64,000 nt of DNA from the human T2T-CHM13v2.0 reference genome, Homo sapiens. Shown piece after piece: positions 45,828-60,289 of the stretch. Made by a program: the position numbers and the translations under genes. Below the pieces are notes generated by a model that worked only from the letters and a program-made list of their open reading frames with translations, searched no databases and had not been told where the DNA came from. The first letter of the stretch is position 1, and every line of letters begins with the position of its first letter. The DNA is taken from the NCBI RefSeq assembly GCF_009914755.1, contig NC_060927.1. One strand, 5' to 3'.

Positions 45828-48121
45828 TCCACACCTTTTTCCTCTGTGCACTCAAGCACATGTATTTGCACGTAAGTGTTTATTGTAACCTTTTTTAAAA
45901 AGTAAAAATGGAATAATGCTACATTTATTCTTTGGAAAGCTTGCTTTTCAGGCAGCATGTCTTTGACATTGTCTCACGTTGGAACCTGGGTACTACCTTC
46001 TTCTCCCAGCAGGTATTCTGATGTGTGGATGCACCATGCTTCGTTTAACCAGCCCTGCACCTATATGTCTTTGGATGGTTTCCGCCTTTTCCCAATCACA
46101 GACGGTGTTCTGATGAATTTCCTTACACACACCACTTGGTGCTCTGTGCCTGCATTTCTGTGAGATGTTCCTGGAGGTGGGCTGTCTAGGTCAGAGGTGG
46201 ATCTGTGCTTAATTTGCATCCTGTGCAAAATTCCATCCAGTCATCCGGCTCCCCAAGGGCTCACATGGTACTGTCCTCTGTAGACATCATCTTCTGCAGA
46301 TGATGGCATGACCGCCTCTCTTTCTTTTACTCACACCAGTCTGCACCCTGGTGTCCTGGGGGGTCCAGCCCCTACCTGCTTGTCTGCCCACACCCCACCG
46401 TCCCCCCAGCCCCTGCTAACAGGGACTCTGGCTTCTGAGCTCTGGCAGACTGCCTCACTCTGGAGAAGTCTGCTTTCTCAAACATTCCTGGCAATGTTAC
46501 TGCAAATCTCGAGGCCTGCATTTGTCTTTTTCAGGCCTCAGTTTCCTCAAAAGTAAAATGGGGATAATGTGATGCTACTGTCTGCATCCTAGAGCTGCCA
46601 TGAGGGTTCAGTGAGATCACTGTTGAGAGCAAGTTCACAGCGCCGGCCTTGTGCGCAGTCAGCACCTGTGGGGCAGGGCTGTTGCTGATACGTGGTTGAC
46701 TGTCATTGGTAGACTGTGGCTTTACCAGGGGCATTGTCTTTAGTGCCGAGCCCAGAGCCACCCCTAGTACCTGCCGTGTTTATAGAGTGATTGAGTGTCA
46801 GGGTCAGAGACTGGGGCAATGGCAGCAGAAACAGAGGAAAGAAGTGGGGCTTCTAATAGGTCCTGAGACAGTGGCCCTTGAGATGAAGACTTCTTGCCAA
46901 GGTCTGGGGCTGTGCTGTGTGTTCTAGGCCCGAGACTGGAAGCTAGGCCTGGCTGCAGCCCCCGCTGAGCTGGGGAAGTGCAGGTCAGCATCCTGCTTCA
47001 TTAGGACACCTCCAAGCCCAGCTTAGATGTGGATGCCAGCTGACCCCCTCTTTGCTCTGAACCCAGACAGAGGACAGGGAAGTGTGCAAGGGTGGGGACC
47101 CCCTCGTCACAGCCCTTGACTCTGTAAGGCATATGGGTTTGTGCACGTGTGTGATCACAGCCATGGCTTCTCTGTGAGTTTCAAGCTCGGGGTTGTGTTT
47201 ATGCAGGGTTAGGCTTGCCAGGTAAAATACAGGAAGTCCAATTAAACCTGAATTTCTCATTAACCACTTTTTTTTTTTGGTGCAAATATATCCCATGAAA
47301 TATTTGGGACCTGCTTACCCTAAAAATGATTTGTTGTTTGTCTGAAATTCAAGTTAAACTGGCATCCTGTCTTTTCACTTGCTACATATGAGAGTTCCGT
47401 GTGGGGGTTATCAGTGTGCATTTGTGAGTTCCCATGTGAAGGACTCTCTCCAAGTGTCTGTAGGTGCCAAGATGGAGATGGACAGAAAAGATCCCCTTGG
47501 GCCCCTTTAGTGGCACCTAGAGGCTGTGGGGTTGGGCACTTCAGCCCCAGGGGTCTAGACAGCACTGTCCAGCACCTGTGTGCTCCTGTCTTCTTCATGG
47601 GGGCTGACTTCCCTGCCATCTCTCTCCAAATACAGTGGCAAGAGCTATCCCATCTGCCCCCATTTGGAGCTCGGCTGCCCAGCCAGACAAGATGGCAAAC
47701 AGTGTGCAGATGGCTGCAAAGCTTTCCCCAGCTCCTTCTGCAAGGGGCCTGCAGATGAAATGGAAGCCCTCATCCTCACCACCTCCCCCTTCCAGAAAAC
47801 CCAGTCAACAGCCACTTCTGAATGCTGCTTTAGAAGCTTCACCCTCCTGGTGATTAAACCACCCCAAACAAATAAAGCACTGCATTTCCACCATGGGCTT
47901 GTTCACATGCACGCAGCCAATTGTCTTGGATCCATCTGTGTGCCTGATTCATCAGGGTGAGGGGTTCTCCTCTGAGGTGCTTGCAAAGAGCTGCTTGCAA
48001 AGAGTTGCTTAATTTTCATCTGAAAGACTCTCTGTAGAAACCAGGCCCAGCTTTGGAAGAAAGCCTTTTCTCCCCCTTTAGCAAACTCTGTGTCATTATT
48101 TTTTCTTTCTTTCTTTTTTGA

Positions 48122-48226
<105 letters not shown>

Positions 48227-50079
48227 TGAGTAGCTGGGACTACAGGCACCCACAACCATACCCGGCTAATTTTTTTTTTGTATTTTTAGTAGAGAGGGAG
48301 TTTCACCATGTTGGCCAGGCTGGTCTCGAACTCCTGACCTCAGGTGATCCACCTCGGCCTACCAAAGTGCTGGGATTACAGGCATGAGCCACCATGCCTG
48401 GCTGGAATTCTGTGTCATTCTGGATACTTATCATGACTTCAAGCATCTAGGACTCTGTCCTGGGTATCCTGAGCAGTCCTGTATGAGGTCGGTGCTGTGA
48501 TTATCCACATGTTCACTTGTTCTCTCTGGCCATTTTCAGGCTCTTGCACTTCCTTTGCTCTTTTCCTGCCGCAGGGCCTTTGCACATCCTGCTCTTTCTG
48601 CCTGGAAAGATTTTCCCTCTCCCTGCCTCTTCACCTGGTCACGGTCTCATCTGACAGTGGAGTCACTACATCCTCAGGGACGTCTGGCCACACTGACTCA
48701 GTCACAGCAACCCCCTGTTATCTGCTTTCATGACACCAGGTGCCTCTCTGTGGTAGACACTAGCTCAGCTACGGCTTCCTGTTTCTGTGCGTGTCATCCT
48801 TCCCCTTCAAGACTGTGGTCACCGTGAGGGCCAGGGCCATGCCTGTTCCTGATTCTCATTTGTGTCTCTGGTGTTTAGTATATGCTTACCTAGAATTTGA
48901 TTAATGAATGACGGCATACCCATTTTACAGATGAGAAAGTTGAGGCTCAAGAACATTGTGTAACTTGCTCGGTATTAGATAGTGATGGTTTGAAGCGATC
49001 TGGCTGGTCGCTGGGTGCACACTCTTAACCACTTCACTATGGTTCTTCTCTCATGGTAGCTCTCCAACAGCAGGAGTGAGAGACAACTTTAGGACAGGTG
49101 TAACCAGAATCCCAGGGGTTATCCTAGAAGGTGGTGTCAGGAACATGCTTGCCTATGGGCCTTCTTACTGTATTGCATAAAATACTCAGTTTTTCTGACT
49201 CACCTTTAGTAAAGACCTTAGCAATATTTGAAGCACAGTTGTCTGTAGGAAAGGGTGGGTGTTTATATTTTTTTAAAAAGGAGTCTATATCATATTTACC
49301 TTGTGGTCTGCCATGCCCCCCGCTCTTCTTCAGCTTCAGTTATGCAAAATTCACACTTCTCCTCTTGTCTGCCTCTCTCTTACCTGTTCAGTTTCTTTTC
49401 TGTGTTTGAGATTGCTTAGAATTTTTCCCCATTACTACAGCCTGCTTCCCACCTGTATCCCCCAGCCAGCTTGTTCTGGATTTTGTCAACAACAGTTCCA
49501 GCGTTTAGTGAGGGCTGGACTGAAGGAAAGCCTTGGAAAAGGCTGTGTGATGAAAGGTGAAGATACCTAATGAGCAGGCAGACATCAGGGTTAATTCAAA
49601 GGCTGGAAGAAGGGCTGACCTGGGGGACTGGAAATGTCTTTGAGCTGAAGGTCATGTGCAGGTGGAACGAAGAGGGTGAGCCTTTTGGGGTGAACTGCAA
49701 GAATTTGATAAGATCCCTGTCTCCATGGTTGGGGAAGTCTTGATAAGCATCCTCAATGTGATGGAAGGATCAAGGAACCCGTGGCTCTACCTGTCCAGCA
49801 TGGCAGCAACATGACACAGCCAAGTTATTGATTATTGGTTGCCCAGCTGTCATCACTCAACATCTTCTGTTAGTTATAGCTGTAATTTGCACTAGTTGTC
49901 AATGCCAGTTTTGACTTTCCTAGTCAATAAAGTGTTCTGAGAGTGGTGACTAAGGCTGAGCACTACCCATAATCATGAGTATTACAGAGGCAAGCCCCCT
50001 TGCCCACCCACCTGCAGGTGATGACACACCCTAGGAAATCATTCAATTCTTTGGAGGACCCTGAATAAATGCTCAAGTC

Positions 50080-50490
50080 CATCTGTTCATCTGTCCATCC
50101 ATCCATCCACCATTCCATCCATCCATCCATCCAGACATGCATACATCCATCCACCCACCTTACCATCTATCCACCCACCACCCACCCATCTATCCATCCA
50201 ACCCACTCTTTTATGCACCCAGCTATCATCCACCTACCCACCCACCAACCCATCTATCCATCCACTCACCCATGCATCTATCTACCCATTCACTCATCTA
50301 CCCATCTATCCACCCACCTGTGCATCCATTTATCTATCCCTCCACCCCCTCACCCACTCATCCATTTCTCCACCCACTCAGCCATCCCTTCACCGACTCA
50401 ACCATCCATTCATTCATCCACCTGCCCGCCCACCCATCTTTCCATCCACCCATCTATCCACCCACCCACCTATGTATCCATCCATCTGCT
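50080..50490. repeat. Degenerate (CCAT/CCAC)n simple repeat
   Basis: ccatccatccaccc-type tetranucleotide tract. Confidence 0.92.
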
Positions 50491-53400
50491 TGTCCTTCTG
50501 TTCATTTATTCCACAAAGACTCGTTAACCACCTGCTAGATTCTGGGGAGGTACCTGCTCTAGTAATTGAGAGCACGGTCTCTAGAATATGATTCCCTGGG
50601 CTCAAACTGAGCTGCCTCCTAGCTAGCTGCTTGGGTAAGTTATAGAAACTGTGCTTTGATTTTCTTATCTGAAAATTGGCTATTAATAGCTTCTACTCTT
50701 GCAGATATAGTGAGGATTAAATAAGATGTCACGTTAAAAGTGCATCATCGACACTCAATAGAGATTAGGTTTTACCATCCATTATTATTCTTGGCAGATG
50801 CTGCAGATAACGTGGAGAGCATACGAAAGACACATGTTTGAACCAATAGTGACATACAGGTGCTAAGTTCTGCAGTAGGGGAAGGGCAGAGAGCAATGGA
50901 GAGGGCCTGGCCCAATCCTGGAGCCTCAGAAAAAAGTTCCTCGTTGAATTGCTGTTTTAGCTGAGACTTGTGGGATGGGTAGTAGTTGGAGATCCCAGAC
51001 AGGATGTGACCGAGTTAGCCAGGGAAAAATTTGGTCCTGGCACCCATGGCAGAGTTGAGTGATCCAATCCTTCTTTCTCCTCTGGCTGGAAGTCCACCAG
51101 ATCTGGGAATGTCAAGTTGGGGGAGGGGGCTGACAATGATCATGACCTTCACCTGTCCTCACATGTCCTCTGTGTATCTGCAAAGCCTCTGCCTCAGTCT
51201 CCTCTTCTGGAAAGTGGGATTGGAAACCACGTCTGCTTCTCTCCCAGGACTGCTAGGAAGACAAGATTAGATGGCAGGTGAGAGCTCTTTGAAAATGAAA
51301 ACATTCTGCTATTTGAATGCAAAGTGTTCTTCTTTGCCTGTGATGTTTCCTAAGCTATGAACTCATGCTGGACCTCGAAGCTGTCTATTAAAAAAAAATA
51401 GCAAAGTGGTTGGGCATGGTGGCTCATGCCTGTAGTCCTAGCACTTTGAGAGGCTGAGGGGGGCGGATCATTTGAGGCCAGGAGTTCAATACCAGCCTGG
51501 CCAATATGTGAAATTCCATCTCTACTAAAAATACAAATACTAGCCAGGTGTGGTGTCATCTACCTGTAGTCCCAGCAGCTCAGGAGGCTGAGGCACAAGA
51601 ATCATTTGAGCTCAGGAGGCAGAGGTTGCAGTGAGCTGAGATGGCGCCACTGCACTCCAGCCTGGGTGACAGAGCGAGGCTCTGTCTGAAAACAGAAAAA
51701 AAAAAAAAAAAGCGAAGTTAACACTTCCTCCATCTCTCCCGTAGGGGAGGCAATTTGTCAAAGATTGTTGTTGGATTTTACACACAGGGAAATCTAAGGA
51801 AGGTGTGGAAACCAGACCAGGACTCCAGACTCTGGTCTCCCTGTTTACAGGGTCTTAAATGGCGGAGCCACTTTGGGTTCTATCCACAAGATTGCTTTGT
51901 AAAAAAACCAAGAAACAAACAAACAAAAAACTCAAAAAAACAGCCCTGACCTAAATATTCACAAGGTACCTTAGGCAATATCTGCAAACAAAAGTGAATG
52001 ATGAGTGGAATCTCTCATCTTTACAACTAAGACAGCTCCAGAGTTGAAGCAAGTGGAAATATCTCTAGACAGAGATTTGGGCAGGTTTTGCCAGTTACAA
52101 ACTATGAGAACCTGGGCAGGTTTACCTCTCTGAGCTTCTGTGACCTTGTAAAATAGGCTGCATTGCACTAAACGTGCAGGAGGAATCCCAGGATCCTCCT
52201 GTGCACAGGGCTGGTTTCTTCCCATCCTTTTCTTTGTTCTGCCTCTCTCCTCCTCTCCAAGAGATGAATACATCTGGACCCAGTAGGGGCCTATGTTTGC
52301 AAAAGCTCGCAGGTGATTCTCATGCAGCCAGCCTGGCTCTGGCACTGAGTTCTTGGACACTTCTGGAGGCACATTTACTAGTGAGGAAGGTCACTGTGTG
52401 TGAAAGGCATGATTCATCTTCCATTCCTTTCTTCCATGAAGCAAGGTGCATGGGTCGACTGAGCTGGGAGAGTCCACAGTGTCAGCCTCCCCCACGCTTC
52501 CCTCCCTCCTTATTCCTTGTGTGCTGTACTTTGTCTTGATTTCCTGTACTCCGCACCAAGCCAGGAGATGGTAAGATCTCAAAATCATTTTTTTGGGAAA
52601 TGGGATCAAGAGGGTTTTGGTTTGCTTGTTTGTTTGAGACAGGGTCTGTCGCCCAGGCTGGAGTGCAGTGGCATGACCTTGGCTCACTGCAGCCTTGACC
52701 TTCTGGGCTCAGGTGATACTCCCACCTCAGCCTCCTGAGTAGCTGGGACTGCAGGTGCACACCACCATGCCTGACTAATTTGTCTATTTTTTGTAGAGAT
52801 GAGGTTTCACCATGTTGTCTAGGCTGGTCTCAAACTCCTGGGCTCAAGCAGTCCTCCATCCACCTCGGCCTCCCAAAGTGCCGGAATTACAGGCATGAGC
52901 TGCTGTGCCTGGCCAAGGTTTTTATTATTATTATTATTATGAAAAATTTTCAATATACATAAAAGTAGAGAGACTAGTTTAATGAGCTACCATATACCCA
53001 TCACATAGGTTTAAAAACTATTAAAGTGTGCAATATTTACTCCATTTTTTCTGAAGTATTTAAAAAATTGTTTACAATAGTTATGTAATTGCATCATGAT
53101 ATTCACCCCTACATAATTTACTTTCCCTCTAAAAACATGAGGGCATTCTTTATATGATCATTGTCATACCTAATCAAATCACCAGTAATTCCTTAATATC
53201 CTCTAAGATCAAGTTTACATTCAGATGTCTTGTCCTCAAAATGTCAATTGTGATTATTTTTTTTTTGAGCAAAGATAATAAGAGCTCAAGATTTAATGAC
53301 AGAGATTCCATGTTAGCCCTGATGTCTAAGCTCTGTGGTCCATTGTGGCTTTACTTGAAAGTCTCAGGCTAGGCGTGGTGGCTCACACCTGTAATCCTAG

Positions 53401-54839
53401 CACTTTGGGAAGCCAAGGTAGGTGGATCATGAGGTCAAGAGATCAAGACCATCCTGACCAACATAGTGAAACCCTGTCTCTATTAAAAATACAAAAATGA
53501 GCCAGGCATGGTGGCGGGCGCCTATAGTTGCAGCTACTCAGGAGGTTGAGGCAGGAGAATCGCTTGAACCCAGGAGGCGGAAGTTGCAGTGAGCTGAGAT
53601 TGCACCACTGCACACCAGCCTGGGTGGCAAGAATGACACTGTGGAAAAAAAAAAAGTCTCTCACTGTGGTCTCATAATAAAAGGACACTCCATTTCCCAT
53701 CTGGGCCCTGCTCCTTAATGTTAGCCCCCTCCTGTGGGGAGGAGGGGGTGACCTTCAGCACAGGTTGAAGCATTCCCAGGGCTGGCTCTGATCCCGATAA
53801 AGCCCATCGTCATGAATGAATGCTTCCCTTCCAGGTTATTCTAAGTATTGTAAATAGTGCACTTGGAGAGTCCTCATGATGCCTGGGATGGTAGTGAATA
53901 TTTATAGGTTTCTTTTAGTGCCTTTTTTTTTTTAGTGTTTTCTATAGTTCCATGTTTCTACAACCCTTAGGAACATCAGAATCATGTGTGTGTGGGTGCT
54001 TATTAAATAAACCAGTTCCTGGAGCTCACTCCCAGTGACTCCCAGTGTGATGATTAGGGGCTCAGCTAGGACCTACGTTTGCAAAAGCTCCCAGCTGATC
54101 TCATGCAGCCAGCCTGGCTCTGGCTCTGGCTCTGGCTCTGGGAGCTGGGTTGGGAACTAGTCTTTGGTGCTATTCTGCTGAAACTTCAAGTTGGGCTCTT
54201 TGACTCCATCTTGTATTGTCATCACTTGTATTCAGGTCTGTTCTTCCCCTGGATTGTAAACTCCTTGATGTCTGGGTCATCTCAGCTCATGAGCTGAGCT
54301 TTCAGTGGGTGCTCAGTGGAACAGGTGTTGAATGGAGTCAGGCAATAGGGAGGCCAGCGTGTGTTGGTAAGTGAGAGACAAAAATCATTTTAAAAAGAAT
54401 CTTTTTGCCCTTCAGTTGTGTTTTCCATGAGTTAATGTGATTTACTCTAGTGGAAGCCAGTGCAGCTTAAGTGGAGTTCTTGCCCTGAAATGGAGCCAGG
54501 TTATGGATCAGCAGAGCTGCCAAAAGCATCTTGGGGGAAATGTTTCTGTGTCACCGTCAGTTGATGGAACTCAAATTTTCACTCCCGTTCAACACCACGT
54601 GGGGGCCATTCTGACTTCTGCGGAGTGGGTATGATCAGATCTTCTGTAAAAGTGTAAGCGAGGAGGCTGGGCACGGTGGCTCACACCTGTAATCTTAGCA
54701 CTTGGGAGGCTGAGGTGGGTGGATCACTTGAGGCCGAGAGTTTGAGACAAGCCTGGACGACATGATAAAACCTCATCTCTGCTAAAAATACAAAAATTCG
54801 CCAGGCATGATGGTGCATGTCTGTAATCCCAGCTACTCA

Positions 54840-55076
<237 letters not shown>

Positions 55077-56316
55077 TCATCCTCAGTTTCTACTAACTCA
55101 ACCACGCATGAGATGGGGACTTGGTGTCCAAGAGAAAAGCCTCTTTTTAGGTCTTCAACCTTGATCAAACCATTTCTGAATTCCTCATGCACGTATAATC
55201 AGGTGCTATGAGTGGTACTGATTGGATAATCTCTCTGTCATTTCCTGTGCTAGGAAGGAAAATACATGTACAGCCAACTTCCTTGAGGGTTCGTTCTTTT
55301 GCATCAGGGTGTCTCAAACTCCTGCCCTTAAAACACCTGCAAGAGAATCATCCAGGCAGCTTGCTCGCTCTGCATGCAGACCCTTTAGAATCAGAGTCAG
55401 AATCCCTGGGGCTGGAGCCACAAAATGAAATGACATTTCAACAAGTTTGTCATCATGTGAGAGAGAATAGGTGAGTATTTGGATACCTATAATACAAAGT
55501 AGATTCAAAAAGAATGACTTGATTATTTTAAATGTTGTGTTTTAAAAAATTTAATACAGAAAAGGCTGGGCATAGTGGCTCATGCCTGTAATCCTAGCAC
55601 TTTGGGAGGCCAAGGCGGGTGGATCATTTGAGGTCAGGAGTTCAAGACCAGCCTGGCCAAAAGGTGAAACCCCATCTCTACTAAAAATATAAAAATTAGC
55701 CAGGCAGTGGTGGTGCGTTCCTGTAATCCCAGCTACGGGGGAGGCTGAGGCAGAAGAATCGCTTAAGCCTGGGAAGCAGAGGTTTGGTGAGCTGAGATCG
55801 TACCACTGCACTCCAATGTGGGTGATGATTGTTTAACCACCACCAAAAGGGATTCTGAGTCCAAATATTAATATGAAGGACATTGGTGACATTGTCTCAA
55901 AAAATTAATACCGAAAAGTACAAAAAGGGAGAGAAATCACCCCAAATCTCATGACCCCAAGAAATAAACCTCCATAATATTAAGTGAACAGCATTCCTTG
56001 CTATGCACAAAGATGGCTAGAGACATGAACAGATACTTCTGATCACACAAAATGAGATTTTAAAAACAAGAAGTAGCAAATTGAATGCTGTGTAAATTTA
56101 TCAGAAGAAAAAGAAATGGAAGTGAAACTGAACGAACTGGTCAACTCAGATAAATGTAGTTTTTCCTCACTAAAAATCAGTTTCTAGAACATCTAAGAAA
56201 TCAAAGATGATGAAAAATATTAAGATGTATTATATATATGTAGAAGTCTTTACAGTTGACTGATCATCTCATGAAAAATTTGTACAGTCACTGCAAATAA
56301 AGTCATTGCAAAATCT

Positions 56317-56679
56317 TTACTCCTTTTGCTTTTTGCCAGCACTGACATTGGCCTTTGCAGTCTCTTGACTTCATTCTGCCCTTGCATTCCTTTTGCTGTT
56401 TTTTTGAGGTCATCTTCTTCTCATGCCAGCCGTGTCTTGCAAGTCTATGTTTGAGTTCATTTTTCTTTGCATAATTCAAAGAACCAGATAACATGCCAAA
56501 ACCCATTGTTTAACCACCACCAAAATGGGTTCTGAGTCCGACTATTAAGATGACACCCATTGTGGTCTTGTACATTTTGTTGCCTTCCTGGGGTGAAGGA
56601 CATTGATGACCATTTGTTTCCTCTGTAGCAGTCGATTGGTCACGAACTTCCTGGTCCCGATAGTTACTGTGTCATTCAT
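56317..56679 (-). pseudogene. RPS24P: Processed pseudogene of ribosomal protein S24
   Basis: Minus strand [30 protein letters not shown]...[25 protein letters not shown]...AGKKQKE*; intronless; lacks the VPKTEIREKLA segment; stop and frameshift. Confidence 0.92.
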
Positions 56680-57166
56680 CATGGTGGTTGATCCTCAGGT
56701 AGTTAGGGAGGAAAATAAAAAAGAAGTTATATATTTGAAACCACGTTTCAATTTTAGACCTGATTAATTGGCTTAATAAAGGGCATTAGCACTTCTACTT
56801 CCTACAGTCCCTCCCTTTACCTCTGGAAACTAGTTATTTCTAGGTTGTTTTATGTTGTTAAGGTTGACCACCTTTTCTTTCTGTTCTGCAATAGTAGTCC
56901 TATTTTTAAATGGATTCACCTCTCATCACTAGCCTTTTGTCATGGTCATTCAATTCACAAGTTGCTTATTTTGTAATTTCTTGGCTGACTAAATTTTATT
57001 ATGAAGACTTTTTTTTTTTAAAGAGCTCAGAAATACTGTATTCTTTAAGTTCTTGAACATGTGATAGTGTCTTTTGCCTATTTTGATTGGGCAATAATTT
57101 ACCTGGCTATAAAATTCTTGGATTATACTCTATTTCCCTTAGAAATTATAGGCACCCATCCACTGA

Positions 57167-57355
<189 letters not shown>

Positions 57356-57844
57356 TAGTACAGACGGGGTTTCACTATGTTAGCCAGGATGGTCTCGATC
57401 TCCTGACCTCGTGATCTGCCGGCCTTGGCCTCCCAAAGTGCTGGGATTACAGGTGAGCCACTGTATGAGCCCAGCCTCATTGTGTTTTGTACTAACCCCC
57501 TTTCCCTGGCCTCTTCCAGCTTGTCTTCTTCTCTTCTAGTAGTTTCTTCGTGAAGAGGCCATGTGCTATATTCCATGAGATATTTCACACTCAAAGAAGA
57601 CTTCTTTTATACTCTTCTGATAATTTGTCTGGGAATCATTGTCTTGATTTATAAGGGAGTTTGTAATAAATACAGTAAAAGAGAAACACACAACGTATTT
57701 TGAGATATCAGAGAAGGGAGAAACCAATTCTATTAATATTTGGGGTTTGCAGGGAAGGCTTAGTTAAGAGGTAACATTTGAACTAAGCCTTGAAATAAGG
57801 GAAGGATTTGGACATGCAGTAATGGGGAGAGAGTAGAAGCAAGA

Positions 57845-58305
57845 CATGATGGTTAGTGTTATGTATCAATTTGACTGGGTTGTGGGGTGCCTAGATATTT
57901 GGCTACACACTATTCTGGGTGTGTCTCTGAGGTATTCTGGATGAGGATAATGTTTAATTGGTAGACTGAATAAAGCAGATTGTCCTCCCCAATATGGGTG
58001 AGCCTCATCCAATCCACTGAAGACCTGAACAAAACAAAAAGGTAGAGTCACAGAGAATTTGCTCTTTTTACCTGATTATATTTGAGCTGGGACATCAATC
58101 TTCTCCTGACTTTAGATGTGGACTCGAGTTGGAACTATATCATTGGCTGTCCTGGGTCTCCAGCTTGCTGGCTGCAGACTCCAGGACTCCTTAGCCTCCA
58201 TAACCATGTGAGCCATCCCTTACAACAAAACAATCTGTCTCTCTCTATGTGTATAGCTCTACCTCTATCTCTCTGCTCTTTCTCTGGAGAACCTAGAGTA
58301 ATACA
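57845..58305 (+). mobile_element. MLT2-like ERVL LTR
   Basis: tgatggtta...tcaatttgactgg start and tctctggagaacc...taataca end. Confidence 0.75.
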
Positions 58306-58832
58306 CAAGGTTATATTAGAGAAGAGGATGATCCAAGGAAAAGCATGGAGGTGGAAAAGTGCAAAGAGCATTTGGGAAGACTGGGGTCCTGATGGGGAGT
58401 TTGGATTTCACTGTGTGTAGCATAGAGAATCCTTGAAAATATTCAAGAGGTGAAAATTGTATTTGTGGAAGAACACCAGGAGTATGTGAAAAGAAAAACA
58501 CTCACTCCGTTTTAACTCCACCGAAGTGGGCATCAAAGGGATGCACTGGGGACATGGGTTGGAGGGTAGTTGAGGCCATATCTGGAGGATCTTTACTTCT
58601 AGGCTGAGTCTGAAGTTATCTTTCTGGGGAGTGGGGGATTACAAATCTTTGAGCTCCACTCAAGAGATGGTTTTGCTAACAATGGCAGGGCGACGGTGGT
58701 GGTGGTGGGAAACTGGTATCATGAATTCTAACTGGGCTTCTGTTATTCTAGCCAAGAAAGTTGGGGAATGGATTTTCAGTAGAATAATACAGATCTGGGA
58801 ATCAACTGCATGGAGGAGGTAGTTATAGGTGA

Positions 58833-58981
58833 TGAGATGGCTCAGGGACAAAGTTTGGTAGAAGGAGAAAAGATACTAGGCTGGTACAAAAATAATTGCT
58901 ATTTTTGCCATTACTTTTAATGGCAAAATCCGCAATTACTTTTGCACCAACCTAATAGGGTGCAAACTTCAGAGCCATCTG
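58833..58981 (-). ncRNA. MIR548I: miR-548i precursor hairpin (149 nt)
   Basis: 58922-58943 is the exact reverse complement of the recalled mature miR-548i AAAAGUAAUUGCGGAUUUUGCC; the hairpin resembles recalled mir-548i-1; paralogue not certain. Confidence 0.88.
58876..58955. mobile_element. MADE1 mariner-derived MITE (80 bp palindrome)
   Basis: ctaggctggtacaaaaataattg...caattacttttgcaccaacctaa inverted repeats with TA on both sides. Confidence 0.92.
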
Positions 58982-60289
58982 CATCAGAGGGATTGATGAA
59001 GATCAACAAAGTTTGGGAACACAGGAAAGGAGCGGGGAGGGTAATGACTTGAGGGCATAGCAGGGATAATCAAGGTTTTTCTTGTTAGCATGTGGAGACT
59101 TTAGCATGATTATATGTTAAACGCCTGGCACATACATGGTGCAAAATATTTATGAGTGAAATGACAAGTGAAGGTGGTGAGTCATGGGAGTTCCAAGGAA
59201 ACGGGTGATAAAGGGAGGTCTCAAATGAGGCACAAGTGGAGAAGGTAGCTTGGGAAAGGAGAAGGATGCTTCTCCTTATAAGATGGGAAAGGCAGAGGAA
59301 GAGGGTCAAGATACAGTGATCTAGGGGTGAGATGGAAGTGAGTTGAGAGAACTCAACTCTGGGCCCTGAAACCCCTAGGGATGGGTTTGGGGGACTTTGA
59401 GATATGGAAGAGGTTTAAAGTCAATTGTTATAGCAAATATGGTTCGGAATTTATTTGTAATGCTTAAAAATATTGCTGAACAGAAGTGAAGTCTACCCTA
59501 GAGTTGGATGGTGAGATTATTTAGTGGAACTACCAGATCCATGTTGTGATTCTTTCCAGTATCATTCAGCAGCCCTTGGGCAGTTGCAAGGCAAGTCATC
59601 AGTGGGGTATGGAAATTTTCCAGGTGGGTGTGGTTGAAAGCAGGGAAGAAAGAGTTTAGGAGCACATTACAGGAAGGTGACTGTAAGGTCCAGGCTGAGC
59701 AGGAAAGTAAAGCAAGAAGGAAACATGAGGTTGTGAAGAGAAGTCTAGAGGGATGAGGAGGCAGGAGTGGTGAACAGTTGCAGGATGTAGCTAGAGTGGC
59801 GATGTTAGATCTTGGGGCCAGAGAGCTTTACAATGATTATGAAGATCAAAGGACATCAGAATCAAGCTATAAAGAGCCACTGTTTGATGGGATGTGAGGA
59901 TGCTGCAGGTGGATATCTGCACATTGATGGTGAGAGTATGGTCACCCTGGCCCTGCTGGGTCTTTGCTAAAGAGACTGTGCTCTGTTCTTGGGGCCGTTT
60001 TCATCACCTGATTAGAGCAGTGGTCCCCAAATGGTGTTCTTTGGACCATCTGTACAAAATGTTCATAGGTCAAGTATAAAATGGAAAAACAGAGAAAATG
60101 TCACAGAAATGTGTCCATTGGTGAAAGACCACCAGCTGTCCTTTTTGGAGGATTGTTCTGTATTCTAAAAATGTATATATTCTATTCTATTAAAACATTT
60201 TTGTATTTGCATTTTTTCTCTTTTATGAAATGCCATGGGGTAGAAATTTGTAATGTATCCAATTCTCCTGTCTTCATGCATTGCCCTGT

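Noticed and set aside
50069-50538. His/Pro-rich ORFs
   Set aside because: Translation of the (CCAT)n simple repeat
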